This document shows positions 1 through 9,620 of a stretch of DNA of 55,182 nucleotides, one piece after another (the stretch's first letter is position 1; the number at the start of each line of letters is the position of its first letter). Below the pieces are notes generated by a model. The model saw only the letters and a list, made by a program, of their open reading frames with translations. It searched no databases and was not told the origin of the DNA. Location of the stretch: NCBI GenBank assembly GCA_964446385.1, contig CAYUOH010000013.1, forward strand, positions 1 through 55,182. The letters are read 5' to 3'. The position numbers were made by a program, and so were the translations under genes. The stretch is from an uncultured Oscillospiraceae bacterium. GTDB lineage: Bacteria > Bacillota > Clostridia > Oscillospirales > Ruminococcaceae.

Positions 1-15
1 GAGGGTTGGTTTGCC

Positions 16-345
16 ATGCGGCATATGGAGTTGGTAGACCTGATGTCGTACCACGACGAGTCTTATCTGGACTATAACGACCCTTCCTCCTCTGACGATA
101 GGATTGTTGAGAGCGTACTCAACCTGCAAGATTTGTGCTCCAGACTTATGGGGGGGAATATAACTAACCGTCCGAACAACATCCGGAAAACAGCGTATGT
201 TGTACCGGGCGAGATTCTAAACCTGACTGATCTGATGCCACAATACCGCGACGACCCAAAAGGAACTGCAAGCCTTGCCACCGAAATGCTCGCGCAAAGA
301 TTCATAGACTGTATCGATAAGTATCACCACGAGACAGGTAGTTGA
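16..345 (+). CDS. hypothetical protein (109 aa), no recognisable domain
   Basis: ATG at 16 preceded by a GAGGG SD-like motif; open frame to 345; no motif I can assign. Confidence 0.3.
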   Translation: MRHMELVDLMSYHDESYLDYNDPSSSDDRIVESVLNLQDLCSRLMGGNITNRPNNIRKTAYVVPGEILNLTDLMPQYRDDPKGTASLATEMLAQRFIDCIDKYHHETGS

Positions 346-567
346 TTACGCAACCTCTGGGTTTCCGCTTTTTGTACTGTTCGGTTCAGTATCAACGGCC
401 TTGTTGAAGACCTGTTTTTCTCCTAAATTAAGGATTATAGCCTGATCAGTCAGTCAAATCCGACCGGGAATGCCTTGGCGTACGTTTTTTATTATGATTC
501 GTCATTAAATATAAAAGGGAGTGTATGGTCAATCGGTCATTTACCGACAGTATCATACAAAAACACA

Positions 568-1938
568 ATGGAAAACATTCACAAACTCTCCAGAGGACTT
601 AAACTCCGCTACGGAATCGGCGACTTTGGTGTCGCGGTGATGACTGCGAGTCTTCAGTTCTACATGCTGCTATACTACACTGACGTGGTAAAGATCGATC
701 CGGGCATCGCAGGAACCTCCATGCTGGTTGGCAAGCTGACGTGGGATACGGTCAATGATGTACTGTTTGGATACATCTCCGATCGCACGAAATCCCGTTG
801 GGGTAGGCGCAGGCCATATCTGATGTTTTGCCCGATTCCACTCGCTCTGTCGTTTTGGCTCCTGTATTCACTTCCGCAGGGCATGAGCAATGCCACGGCT
901 TTTTTTGCTATCATCGGTTCGTTCGTACTCTTTGATACATTCCATACCATGATCACCATGGCATATCAGTCCATGAGCGCTGAGCTGACAACAGACTACA
1001 ACGAGCGAACGAGCCTCGCGACGGTACGTATGGTATTCTCAGTTATCGGCTACATATCGGGTGCCGCGCTCACAACCTTACTGGCATCTATGATTCGCGA
1101 CAACACGGGAACCTCTGATTCGGCAGCTTGGAGCAAGGTAGGTTTGATCTTCGGCGTACTCGCGGCTATTACGGTTCTCATCACAGGGTTGACGGTTCGC
1201 GAAAAGCCGGTGGTGAACGATAGTCCTACTAAAATGCCCCCGCTGCGTGCACTGGTCAGTACACTGGAAAATAAACCCTTTTTGCGCTTTGTGGTCATCT
1301 CCAGTATCATGAGTACTGCGTTTACGGTGGTGACCGCTATGCTCCCATACTATGTGATCTACCAGCTCAATATGGAAAGCACGATGTCTATCATCATGAT
1401 GCTCATGCTCGTGGTACTTGGCTTGTTTTTGGTACCTTGTCAGATGGTTGCTATGCGCATCGGAAAACACAAGGCATACGCTCTGGGCTTGACCATTGCC
1501 TGCGCGGCTCTACTAGTTTCGTTTTTTTTACCGCATCGAGAGACGATACTCATCTACGCCATTGCCGTCGTTGCCGGATTGGGTTTTTCCAGCCAATGGG
1601 TCTGCCCGCATAGCATGATGCCTGATGTTATTGAATACGACGAACTAGTTACACACGAACGTCGTGAAGGTATCTACTTCGGCATGTGGAACATGACCGG
1701 TAAAATCACTGGCGCACTGGGCATTGCGATCTGCGGTTGGGGATTGAAGTTATTTGGCTATGTGGAAGGCGTTGAGCAAACTGCCACCTCACTGTTTGGC
1801 ATCCGTCTCATGTTTTCCGTGCTGCCCGTCGTTCTCCTACTTGTGAGAGTGCTGCTTCTCATGCGCTATCCGATCAACCGGGAAACGCATGCGAAAGTGC
1901 TTGAGGAAATAAACAACCGCAATCAAAAGTTGCAGTAA
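568..1938 (+). CDS. MFS transporter, glycoside-pentoside-hexuronide (GPH):cation symporter family (MelB-like)
   Basis: N-terminus KLSRGLKLRYGIGDFG and the D..R..RWGRRRPY motif are typical of GPH symporters; about 12 predicted TM helices. The ORF-track start at 475 adds 31 non-conserved residues, so the ATG at 568 is more likely. Confidence 0.8.
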   Translation: MENIHKLSRGLKLRYGIGDFGVAVMTASLQFYMLLYYTDVVKIDPGIAGTSMLVGKLTWDTVNDVLFGYISDRTKSRWGRRRPYLMFCPIPLALSFWLLYSLPQGMSNATAFFAIIGSFVLFDTFHTMITMAYQSMSAELTTDYNERTSLATVRMVFSVIGYISGAALTTLLASMIRDNTGTSDSAAWSKVGLIFGVLAAITVLITGLTVREKPVVNDSPTKMPPLRALVSTLENKPFLRFVVISSIMSTAFTVVTAMLPYYVIYQLNMESTMSIIMMLMLVVLGLFLVPCQMVAMRIGKHKAYALGLTIACAALLVSFFLPHRETILIYAIAVVAGLGFSSQWVCPHSMMPDVIEYDELVTHERREGIYFGMWNMTGKITGALGIAICGWGLKLFGYVEGVEQTATSLFGIRLMFSVLPVVLLLVRVLLLMRYPINRETHAKVLEEINNRNQKLQ

Positions 1939-2182
1939 GTCCATACCATGTGAAGCATGCAATTTCGGGCCTCTTATTGTTAACCTGCTCCCCGAAAACA
2001 AAACCAATTGTGGAATGATGAGAAAAATTTCAGCTTATCTCTGAGTCTAAATAAAAGAAAAACAAAGGCACCCTACGTTTGATTTCGTAGAGAGCCTTTT
2101 TTTAGGGATATTCATTTACATCCCAAATCACGCTGGAATTGAATTCTACAGCAAATCTGTCCTCATTGACATTGACCTTGTG

Positions 2183-4192
2183 TTATTCCTGCGCCTGGGG
2201 CACCAGTTCACTAACATTTGCTTCCTTGTTTGTGTCCTGCTCAATTGTCTTCATTATGGATTCTTTAATACTTTGAACCCGGGCGTTCTCTTCCTTGTTC
2301 CCACTGTTGAAATTGACGCCGAGCTTTTCGCTGATCAAAAGCCCAAGAAGCATCTCAAAGGCATTCACAGAGCTGCCTTGTTCCTGTCCACCCATGTTGA
2401 CCACGGTCTTTGGGACAATGTCAATTTGTGATTTCTCGATGGCTGCGGTAAATTTGCTCATGACATCCTGCACGACCTGATACTGCGGTCCACCGTATGC
2501 GCGGACCTGCTCTTCGATGGCTATGGCCTTGCCTATGCCTACTCTTGCCTCGCGTTCAGCCTCAGCCTCGGCAATCGCCTTGATCTTTGATGCCTCCTGA
2601 AGAGATCTTTGAAAATCGGCCTTACCCTGGTTGCTCTGAATCTGAATATTGATATCCGATTCTGTAAGCAACCTTTGCTGCAGCGCCTTGGACTCGGCTT
2701 CTCTGAGTTCTTTTTCCTTGCCTGCGGCTTTTTCCTGCTGCGCATAGGTTTCTATTCGCTCAACGGCTATCTGTCTGTCGCGTAGCTGTGCAAGTATAAC
2801 TTCAATCTTGTTGTCATTGGAGGACGCGGAGGGTGTACCGATGAGCACTTCCTCGAGCTCCAGGTTGTAATGCGCAAACTTTGCCTTCATTTCGAGGGAC
2901 GAGGTATTTTGAATATCATTTCTTTCATGAATAAGCTGTATGAGCGTCTTTGTCTGGCCGATGTTTTTGAAATATGCGGAGACCATCGGGTCAAGCGTTT
3001 GATCAACGAGCTTCTTGATATCGCCGAAGCGCTGGATTACCAGAGGCGCTTTCTTGTAGTCAATATGCATGACCACGGAAAGCGGAAGCGACGGTTCGAA
3101 AGCATCCTTTGTGATAAGGCTGACTTCCCTAAGATTTTCGTCAAAATTATGCGAACCTGTCTGGTTGCTGATCCACTTGAGTATGATGTTCGTTGTCGGG
3201 ACCCTTATGATCATTCCGGAATAAGTATTGAAGGCATATTTACCCGGCATGAGCGGTTCACTCCAGACACCGCGGAAGCCCTTTTCGACAAGTTCACCGT
3301 GCTTATATTCGTCTCCTGTGGAGTCAACACCTTTTTCACCAATAAAAGATACAACCACACCGACAAATCCGACGTCGATAAGGGTCTTGTCGATGAATTC
3401 CACTGTCGCAAAAAATCTGTTGATAAAGTATGTACCTTCGACAAGCGTTTGATACTGTCTGCCACGGAATCCGCCCGCTTTGAGAAATTTCTCAGGATCC
3501 TGAAAATTGTTATGGTATGTTTCCGGATTGTCCGGGTTATCACCGACGGCAGGTGCGATAATATCCTGCCTGTTGAGTGAAAGACCGTCGTGGACTGTTA
3601 CGATTCCGACCTTATCATCACTGCCTTTGATAACGATAGGTCTGAAGCCGTCACGCTCCCTGAGTTGTTCCGCCATATTGATTATCGTAGACTCCTCAGA
3701 TTTTGTGCCCATAGGCAGATAGTAAATTCTGTCCTGTGTTATGATGACAAACTGCGCAAGATTAAATGCGTATGTACCTTCACGAACAATGCCGCGCTGG
3801 GGCCCTTTCTGGCCTCCGTTAAGTAAAAAAGCTTTGGCATTTTGAAAATTACTGCCTTCAGGGACGACTTTGCCCAGAGTCTGAATAGGTTCAAGAGGCC
3901 GTCCGTCCCGAGCGAAGACATAAGCGATCTGCCCTTGCGGCACAGTCACAAGCGGACAGAGGTGCACAATATACATTAGCGGAGACAGAAGATGCAGACC
4001 GCCTCTGATAATCTGTGGCTGGAAACCGGCTTCGCCATTAAGTGCGATGATCTGCTCGTTCAACGAGCCCTTTGTAGACCACCATTTTTCTACTATCGCA
4101 ATCTTGTTGTTAGGTACAATTCTTAGACCGATAAGCCAAAAGAATAGAACAATGCCGAAAACAATTGAAATTGTAAGCAACAAACCGTCCAT
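2183..4192 (-). CDS. flotillin-like SPFH/band-7 domain protein (YqiK/FloT-like), 669 aa
   Basis: N-terminal TM helix, SPFH domain, and a long Ala/Glu-rich coiled coil (AEAEAEREARVG...) typical of bacterial flotillins; AGGAGG SD 6 nt upstream of the ATG at 4192. Confidence 0.8.
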   Translation of the reverse strand: MDGLLLTISIVFGIVLFFWLIGLRIVPNNKIAIVEKWWSTKGSLNEQIIALNGEAGFQPQIIRGGLHLLSPLMYIVHLCPLVTVPQGQIAYVFARDGRPLEPIQTLGKVVPEGSNFQNAKAFLLNGGQKGPQRGIVREGTYAFNLAQFVIITQDRIYYLPMGTKSEESTIINMAEQLRERDGFRPIVIKGSDDKVGIVTVHDGLSLNRQDIIAPAVGDNPDNPETYHNNFQDPEKFLKAGGFRGRQYQTLVEGTYFINRFFATVEFIDKTLIDVGFVGVVVSFIGEKGVDSTGDEYKHGELVEKGFRGVWSEPLMPGKYAFNTYSGMIIRVPTTNIILKWISNQTGSHNFDENLREVSLITKDAFEPSLPLSVVMHIDYKKAPLVIQRFGDIKKLVDQTLDPMVSAYFKNIGQTKTLIQLIHERNDIQNTSSLEMKAKFAHYNLELEEVLIGTPSASSNDNKIEVILAQLRDRQIAVERIETYAQQEKAAGKEKELREAESKALQQRLLTESDINIQIQSNQGKADFQRSLQEASKIKAIAEAEAEREARVGIGKAIAIEEQVRAYGGPQYQVVQDVMSKFTAAIEKSQIDIVPKTVVNMGGQEQGSSVNAFEMLLGLLISEKLGVNFNSGNKEENARVQSIKESIMKTIEQDTNKEANVSELVPQAQE

Positions 4193-4482
4193 CGCGAACC
4201 TCCTAAAATATTTATTTGTCCCTTTGGTACAGCTGAATCATACGCTTTATTTATAGTACAGTCAATGTACGTTCATTAATGGCTGCGGAATTATTATTAA
4301 AGTTAATCCTGTTCGTCTTACTTTTTACGATAGCATCTAGAATCACATTGCTAAGCATTTCTTTTGATTTATATTTTGGATCTATTATTCAAATGAAGAG
4401 GATAAAGCACCAGAATATATTAATATTGCACAGATTAATTTGACATATAAGAAATATTTTATATATAATTCCGAAATATCCA

Positions 4483-4511
4483 TTGACATTCATAATAACA
4501 CATGCTACAAT
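4483..4511 (+). promoter_or_regulatory. sigma-A type promoter, TTGACA-17 nt-TACAAT
   Basis: Exact TTGACA at 4483-4488, 17-nt spacer, TACAAT at 4506-4511, in an AT-rich region about 350 nt upstream of ridA. Confidence 0.55.
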
Positions 4512-4670
4512 AAAAATGCTCCCCCAAAGGATAAAACCGAGTAGGTGAGTCGCCCCGGTAATCGGTAACGTGGTTTTAGAGCTTGAAACCTGCGAGGGCA
4601 ACACTCTATTACAAGGTTACAGCGGTCGTAGTTTTCGGATAGTTTTATGGTTATTCGGGAGTTGCGATCA

Positions 4671-4748
4671 ATGATTGGTTTCAGCACAATGATAGTAATA
4701 TCTGGATTGTGTAATATCAGATGGCTGAGCTTAGGGGTAGTAAAATAA
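4671..4748 (+). CDS. candidate 25-aa leader peptide MIGFSTMIVISGLCNIRWLSLGVVK (branched-chain rich)
   Basis: GGGAG SD 9 nt upstream; 10 of 25 residues are Ile/Val/Leu; lies between the promoter at 4483 and the intrinsic terminator at 4783, upstream of ridA. Speculative. Confidence 0.3.
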   Translation: MIGFSTMIVISGLCNIRWLSLGVVK

Positions 4749-4782
4749 GGAGAAGTGCACCATTGTTGTACGAACCTACTTA

Positions 4783-4832
4783 AGGGCACACCTTTTTCTA
4801 ATCAAATGGGTGTGCCCTAAGCTTTTTTGTTT
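4783..4832 (+). terminator. Rho-independent terminator / attenuator hairpin in the ridA leader
   Basis: 10-bp perfect stem AGGGCACACC...GGTGTGCCCT with a 16-nt loop, followed by AAGCTTTTTTGTTT; ends 35 nt before the ridA ATG. Confidence 0.7.
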
Positions 4833-4866
4833 ACTTGTCAGTATTGATTTTGAGGAGGTCAACTTT

Positions 4867-5238
4867 ATGGACAGTATATTTACACCAAATGCACCCGATC
4901 CAATCGGGCCGTATTCTCAGGCGATAAAAACTGGAAACATGCTTTTCTGTTCAGGACAGATAGCGATTATTCCGTCGAGCGGAAAACTGGCGGGAGAAGA
5001 TATAGAAACACAGACAAGGCAAATATGTGAAAATATCAAAAGCATCCTAAAAACTACTAATATGGACTTTAGGGATGTTGTTAAAGCCGTATGCTATTTG
5101 ACTTGTGCAGATGATTTTAAAAAATTCAATGACGTTTATGCCGAATACTTCGAATCTTCACCCGCGCGCTCGTGTGTGTTTGTTTCCGGTTTACCGAAGG
5201 GTGCAATAGTTGAAATTGAAGTAACTGCGAATAAATGA
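4867..5238 (+). CDS. ridA: RidA/YjgF family reactive enamine/imine deaminase
   Basis: MDSIFTPNAPDPIGPYSQAIKTGNMLFCSGQI is the canonical RidA N-terminus; GAGGAGG SD before the ATG at 4867. The ORF-track start at 4810 is upstream of the SD and unlikely. Confidence 0.85.
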   Translation: MDSIFTPNAPDPIGPYSQAIKTGNMLFCSGQIAIIPSSGKLAGEDIETQTRQICENIKSILKTTNMDFRDVVKAVCYLTCADDFKKFNDVYAEYFESSPARSCVFVSGLPKGAIVEIEVTANK

Positions 5239-5436
5239 AAAAGTAGAAAGTAGTAGGGATCAAATTCAAGTGTTTGGTAAATTAATCAAAATTATATACA
5301 CCGAAAACCCTGATAAATGATGTTGTAATAAAGACTGATAACTCATATAATTGAACAAATAAAAATATCAATGCAACACCGGAGACCCCAAGCAGTGCTC
5401 TGCATGTCCGTCCCGGATTTGATTTGCAGATACTTT

Positions 5437-5472
5437 AACTCCGCTGTGCTTACGGCGGAGTTTTGTGTTTTG
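5437..5472 (+). terminator. putative intrinsic terminator
   Basis: 8-bp stem AACTCCGC/GCGGAGTT with a 10-nt loop, followed by TTGTGTTTTGG. Confidence 0.4.
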
Positions 5473-5570
5473 GCAAATAAACTGAAGTCGACTATAACCG
5501 GAAATATCCATGAGCAAAATAAGACTTTCTGAAAATGACTTCAAAATCGTTGTTTCAAGGCGGTGATAAT

Positions 5571-6503
5571 ATGAATGAAATGAAGGAAGATTTAATCGCT
5601 CCATGCGGGATGAACTGCTCTTTATGCAGCGCTTATCAATTCGGAGAATATGATTTAAACAGACATGGGTTTCACAAAAAATACTGTTTAGGCTGCATTC
5701 CGAGGGGAGAAAACTGCACACATATGAGAGATGCGTGCGAATTGCTGGCAAAAGGTAGCATCCGTTTTTGTTATGAATGTAGAAGTTTCCCATGTAAAAG
5801 GCTGAAAGCATTGGATAAGCGATACTGCACGAAATACCATATGAGCATGATAGAAAACATCAACTACATCAAGGAATATGGAATTAAAAATTTCATAGAT
5901 AAGGAGCGTGACAAATGGCGCTGTCCGGAGTGCGGAGCGACCATATGCTGCCACAACGGACTATGTTTGAATTGTAATATAGATACGCTTATGACGAATA
6001 AAAAATACAGGTGGGAAACGGGTAAAAAACCGGAGACTGAAATTATGGAATCAACCAAGGAACAATTACTTAGAAATCCTGATACAGAGCCGACTAGCGA
6101 CGTTATTGCAGAGGCTCTTAAGGATGCAAATAACGTCTATATAAAGTTTATATCCGAACTTGCAAACCATGGTATTCAGATGGAATGGCGTTACTATAAC
6201 GACGGCAAGGCGTGGCTGGCAAAAGGACTTTATAAGTGGACAGGTGCAAGAGGAGGATATAAAGAAAATACTGTTTTTTGGTTATCGGTTTGGGACGGAT
6301 TTTTTAAAGTGGATATCTATTTCCCAGAAAAATCCCGTGCTGATGTATTGAGTCTACCGCTTGATCATAAGTTTAAACTTATTATAGCGGACTCAAAACA
6401 AATGGGGAAACTGAAATACTTCCCTCTTGTTTTTGAACTCTGTTCGGATGAAATGTTTAAGGCAGTTTTCCCACTTATTGATTTCAAGATAAGCTTAAAG
6501 TGA
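5571..6503 (+). CDS. DUF3795-like Cys-rich domain protein with a C-terminal extension
   Basis: Cys cluster CGMNCSLCSAY...CLGC...C..C..C matches the DUF3795 pattern and is shared with the 7405 paralog; AAGGCGG SD before the ATG at 5571. Confidence 0.6.
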   Translation: MNEMKEDLIAPCGMNCSLCSAYQFGEYDLNRHGFHKKYCLGCIPRGENCTHMRDACELLAKGSIRFCYECRSFPCKRLKALDKRYCTKYHMSMIENINYIKEYGIKNFIDKERDKWRCPECGATICCHNGLCLNCNIDTLMTNKKYRWETGKKPETEIMESTKEQLLRNPDTEPTSDVIAEALKDANNVYIKFISELANHGIQMEWRYYNDGKAWLAKGLYKWTGARGGYKENTVFWLSVWDGFFKVDIYFPEKSRADVLSLPLDHKFKLIIADSKQMGKLKYFPLVFELCSDEMFKAVFPLIDFKISLK

Positions 6504-6627
6504 TAGAATTGATTTAGAAGCTAAAAGAGTGAGAGCGGGAAAAACCAGTAAATTAATATTTCCATGTGCTCTATGTTTTGTTTCGTGATGGGATACCGGT
6601 TGTGGACAATGTAGTGAGGATAAAGAA

Positions 6628-7344
6628 ATGAAAAAATATCCGAGAACGGATAAATACGAAAAAAGTTGGATTAGTGAAAACTGGATGGGACCAAATCCGC
6701 TTTGGTTACTTGAGGAATTGTGCGAACACCTGGAATTAAAGCCAGGGATGAAGGTTCTTGACATGGGCTGCGGGAAAGGCATCACTTCAGTATTTCTAGC
6801 GAAAGAATTTGGCGTAACGGTATTTGCCAACGATCTGTGGATTGACCCGACGGAGAATTTTAAGCGCTTTGAGGAAGCCGGCGTAGCAGAATTGGTATTT
6901 CCTATCCATGCTGAAGCCCATACCCTCCCTTATGCAGAGGGTTTTTTTGATGTTGCAATATCAATAGACAGTTACCAATATTACGGAGCGGATGAACTGT
7001 ATTTTCCCTGTACATTTTCAAAGTTAGTAAAAAGCGGCGGTCAATTTGGCATCGTGGTTCCGGGTTTAAAGAAAGAATTTGAAAGAGGTTACCCTGATAC
7101 ACTTAAAAAACATTGGAATGGGGAGATGTTCAGCTTTCATAGCAAGAATTGGTGGCGTTTTCTTTGGGAAAAGACCGGAATTGCCGATATTATCGCATGT
7201 TATGATATTGAAGAACCTAAAGAATTATGGAAATCATGGGCAGAATGGGCAAAGGATAACCTCGGCTTTAACGATGTGGAATTTATAAATTCTGACAAAA
7301 ACGATGACATTGCTATTATTGTAATGAGTGCAATAAAAAAATAG
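6628..7344 (+). CDS. class I SAM-dependent methyltransferase
   Basis: Motif I VLDMGCGKG and downstream acidic motifs (FDVAISID) of Rossmann-fold methyltransferases. Confidence 0.75.
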   Translation: MKKYPRTDKYEKSWISENWMGPNPLWLLEELCEHLELKPGMKVLDMGCGKGITSVFLAKEFGVTVFANDLWIDPTENFKRFEEAGVAELVFPIHAEAHTLPYAEGFFDVAISIDSYQYYGADELYFPCTFSKLVKSGGQFGIVVPGLKKEFERGYPDTLKKHWNGEMFSFHSKNWWRFLWEKTGIADIIACYDIEEPKELWKSWAEWAKDNLGFNDVEFINSDKNDDIAIIVMSAIKK

Positions 7345-7404
7345 CCTGCTCCTCCGGAGTTATTTTTCAATATATATCATGACTATTTTTTACTGAGGTG
7401 AAAG

Positions 7405-7941
7405 ATGAAGAATTTCAACCGGCAAAATCCACTGTTTTCTCTTTGCGGTTTAAACTGCGGATTATGTTCTATGAAATTAGGCGGTTATTGTCCGGGGTGC
7501 GGACAGGGAAACAAGCCGTGCAAGGCTGCAAGATGCAGTATAGAGCATAATGTGGAATACTGTTTTCAATGCAATGAATACCCTTGCCCTATCTACGATC
7601 ATGCCGATGAATCTGATTCTTTTATAACGCACAGAAACCAAATGACTGATATGGAAAAGGCAAAACAAATCGGGATGGAAGCCTATAATGTAGAACAGAC
7701 GGAAAAAGTTGAGTTGTTGAATGTTTTACTATCGGAATATAATTCAGGCCGTGAAAAGACATTATATTGCCTTGCCGTAAATCTCCTTGAGGTTGATGAA
7801 ATTAAAAACGTACTGGAAAAAGGATCGGATTATTCTGAATTGACGGATATGTCCCTTAAAGAGAAAGCTGTCTATGTTTCAAATTATATACGTCAGTTAG
7901 CCCAAAAGAAAAATATAGAACTGAAACTTCGAAAGGTATAA
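7405..7941 (+). CDS. DUF3795-like Cys-rich domain protein (paralog of 5571-6503)
   Basis: LCGLNCGLCS...CPGC...C..C...CFQCNEYPC cysteine pattern parallels the upstream paralog. Confidence 0.6.
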   Translation: MKNFNRQNPLFSLCGLNCGLCSMKLGGYCPGCGQGNKPCKAARCSIEHNVEYCFQCNEYPCPIYDHADESDSFITHRNQMTDMEKAKQIGMEAYNVEQTEKVELLNVLLSEYNSGREKTLYCLAVNLLEVDEIKNVLEKGSDYSELTDMSLKEKAVYVSNYIRQLAQKKNIELKLRKV

Positions 7942-7985
7942 TTACTGTTTACTTAATATCTACTCGGCTCACAAGATGGCGAGCA

Positions 7986-8018
7986 CTAAACAAAGAAGGT
8001 GCCGGAATTAAATCCGGC
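7986..8018 (+). terminator. Rho-independent terminator
   Basis: 11-bp stem AAGGTGCCGGA/TCCGGCACCTT with a 6-nt loop, followed by a TTTTTT run. Confidence 0.7.
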
Positions 8019-8203
8019 ACCTTTTTTATATTCGAAATAAAGTCAGACGGGCACACTAGTGGAAAACAAATCTAATATATCGTGAATAATTATGATCATG
8101 CTGTTTTATAATTCTATATTTCAGTGTATTATTCTCAAGTAATCAACGTTATAATATATAGAATATATACTGCAATGATATTACCCGGGGATAGGTTATA
8201 AAC

Positions 8204-9610
8204 ATGGTTTTTAGCAGCATAACTTTTTTATTTTATTTTTTACCAGCATTATTCTTTTTATATTATCTGGCTCCCAAAAAGCTAAAAAACTTAATTATGA
8301 TAATCGGAAGCTTCGTGTTTTACGCATGGGGTGAAATAAGGTTTTTGCCGGTAATGCTGGCGTTGTCTGTCGAGGATTATATTTGCGGAAGACTTATGGA
8401 AAAAAACCGCGATAATGAAAAACGCAGGCGCCTGTTTATGCTGATATCGGTGATCAGCAATCTATCCGTATTGATTTTCTTTAAATATACAAATTTCTTT
8501 GTCGGTAATTTTTGTTCATTATTTGGAATTGAAAATATGGCGATCAATATAATACTCCCAATAGGAGTATCATTTAACTCATTTCAATCAATTTCTTATG
8601 CCATTGACGTATACAGGGGAACGACGAACTGCGAAAAAAGTTTCTATAATTACCTTACTTATACGACATTGTTTCCCCAGGTTATTGCCGGACCGATAGT
8701 TCGTTATGTAACGGTTGAAAACGATCTTGACGATCATAACATGACTGCTGACAGCCTTTCCCGCGGAATGCGCAGATTTATAATCGGCCTTGCAAAAAAG
8801 GTATTGATCGCGAATAATGTCGGCCTGCTTTGGAGCAATATATCATCAGGCGCTGCGGGTGAACCTTCCGTTTTACTGTACTGGCTTGGTATCACAGCCT
8901 ATTCCTTTCAGATATATTTTGATTTTTCGGGATATTCCGATATGGCAATCGGGCTTGCCCGTGTCTTCGGGCTTACTTTTGACGAAAACTTCAATTTCCC
9001 TTATATCGCAAAGAGTATAACCGAATTCTGGCGGCGCTGGCATATAACGTTAAGTTTATGGTTCCGCGACTATATATATATTCCGCTCGGTGGGAACCGC
9101 GTCTCGATAAAAAGACATATTCTTAATCTTCTTATTGTATGGGGGCTTACGGGTTTCTGGCACGGAGCTTCCTGGAATTTTGTCATATGGGGTCTGTATT
9201 TTGCGGTAATATTGATTTGCGAAAAATATTTTTTCATGAGTTTTCTGGAACGTTTACCGGCATTCCTTCGTCATATTTATACTATATTGCTTGTCATGAT
9301 AAGCTGGGTAATATTCTATTTTGAAGATATGGGCATGGTTATTGACTTTTTGAAGGGAATGTTCGGATTTAACGGGGTTCCCGCCCTTAACAGTCAATCG
9401 TTGTATTATTTGTTCGGTTACGGAATGATTTTTATTCTGGCGGCATATTTTTCCACCCCGCATTTCAGAAAAATAATCGATGCAACGGAAAAAAGCACAA
9501 GAAAATGGGTTTGGAGCGCGGCGACAGCGGTTTATATTTTAATATTCGTCTGCTGCATAGCTTATCTTGTAAACAGCACATATAATCCTTTTTTGTATTT
9601 CAGATTTTAG
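8204..9610 (+). CDS. MBOAT family membrane-bound O-acyltransferase (AlgI/DltB/PatA-like)
   Basis: Multi-TM protein with the FWRRWHITLSLWFRDYIYIPLGG motif containing the conserved MBOAT His; very AT-rich. Confidence 0.85.
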   Translation: MVFSSITFLFYFLPALFFLYYLAPKKLKNLIMIIGSFVFYAWGEIRFLPVMLALSVEDYICGRLMEKNRDNEKRRRLFMLISVISNLSVLIFFKYTNFFVGNFCSLFGIENMAINIILPIGVSFNSFQSISYAIDVYRGTTNCEKSFYNYLTYTTLFPQVIAGPIVRYVTVENDLDDHNMTADSLSRGMRRFIIGLAKKVLIANNVGLLWSNISSGAAGEPSVLLYWLGITAYSFQIYFDFSGYSDMAIGLARVFGLTFDENFNFPYIAKSITEFWRRWHITLSLWFRDYIYIPLGGNRVSIKRHILNLLIVWGLTGFWHGASWNFVIWGLYFAVILICEKYFFMSFLERLPAFLRHIYTILLVMISWVIFYFEDMGMVIDFLKGMFGFNGVPALNSQSLYYLFGYGMIFILAAYFSTPHFRKIIDATEKSTRKWVWSAATAVYILIFVCCIAYLVNSTYNPFLYFRF

Positions 9611-9620
9611 AGAGGCCTGC

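Noticed and set aside
2870-3580. 236-aa ORF on the plus strand
   Set aside because: Antisense to the flotillin gene, which has a clear domain architecture and SD.
4512-4866. T-box leader upstream of ridA
   Set aside because: No AATTAGGGTGGNACCGCG T-box sequence or recognisable specifier-loop context; kept only as an unclassified attenuator candidate.
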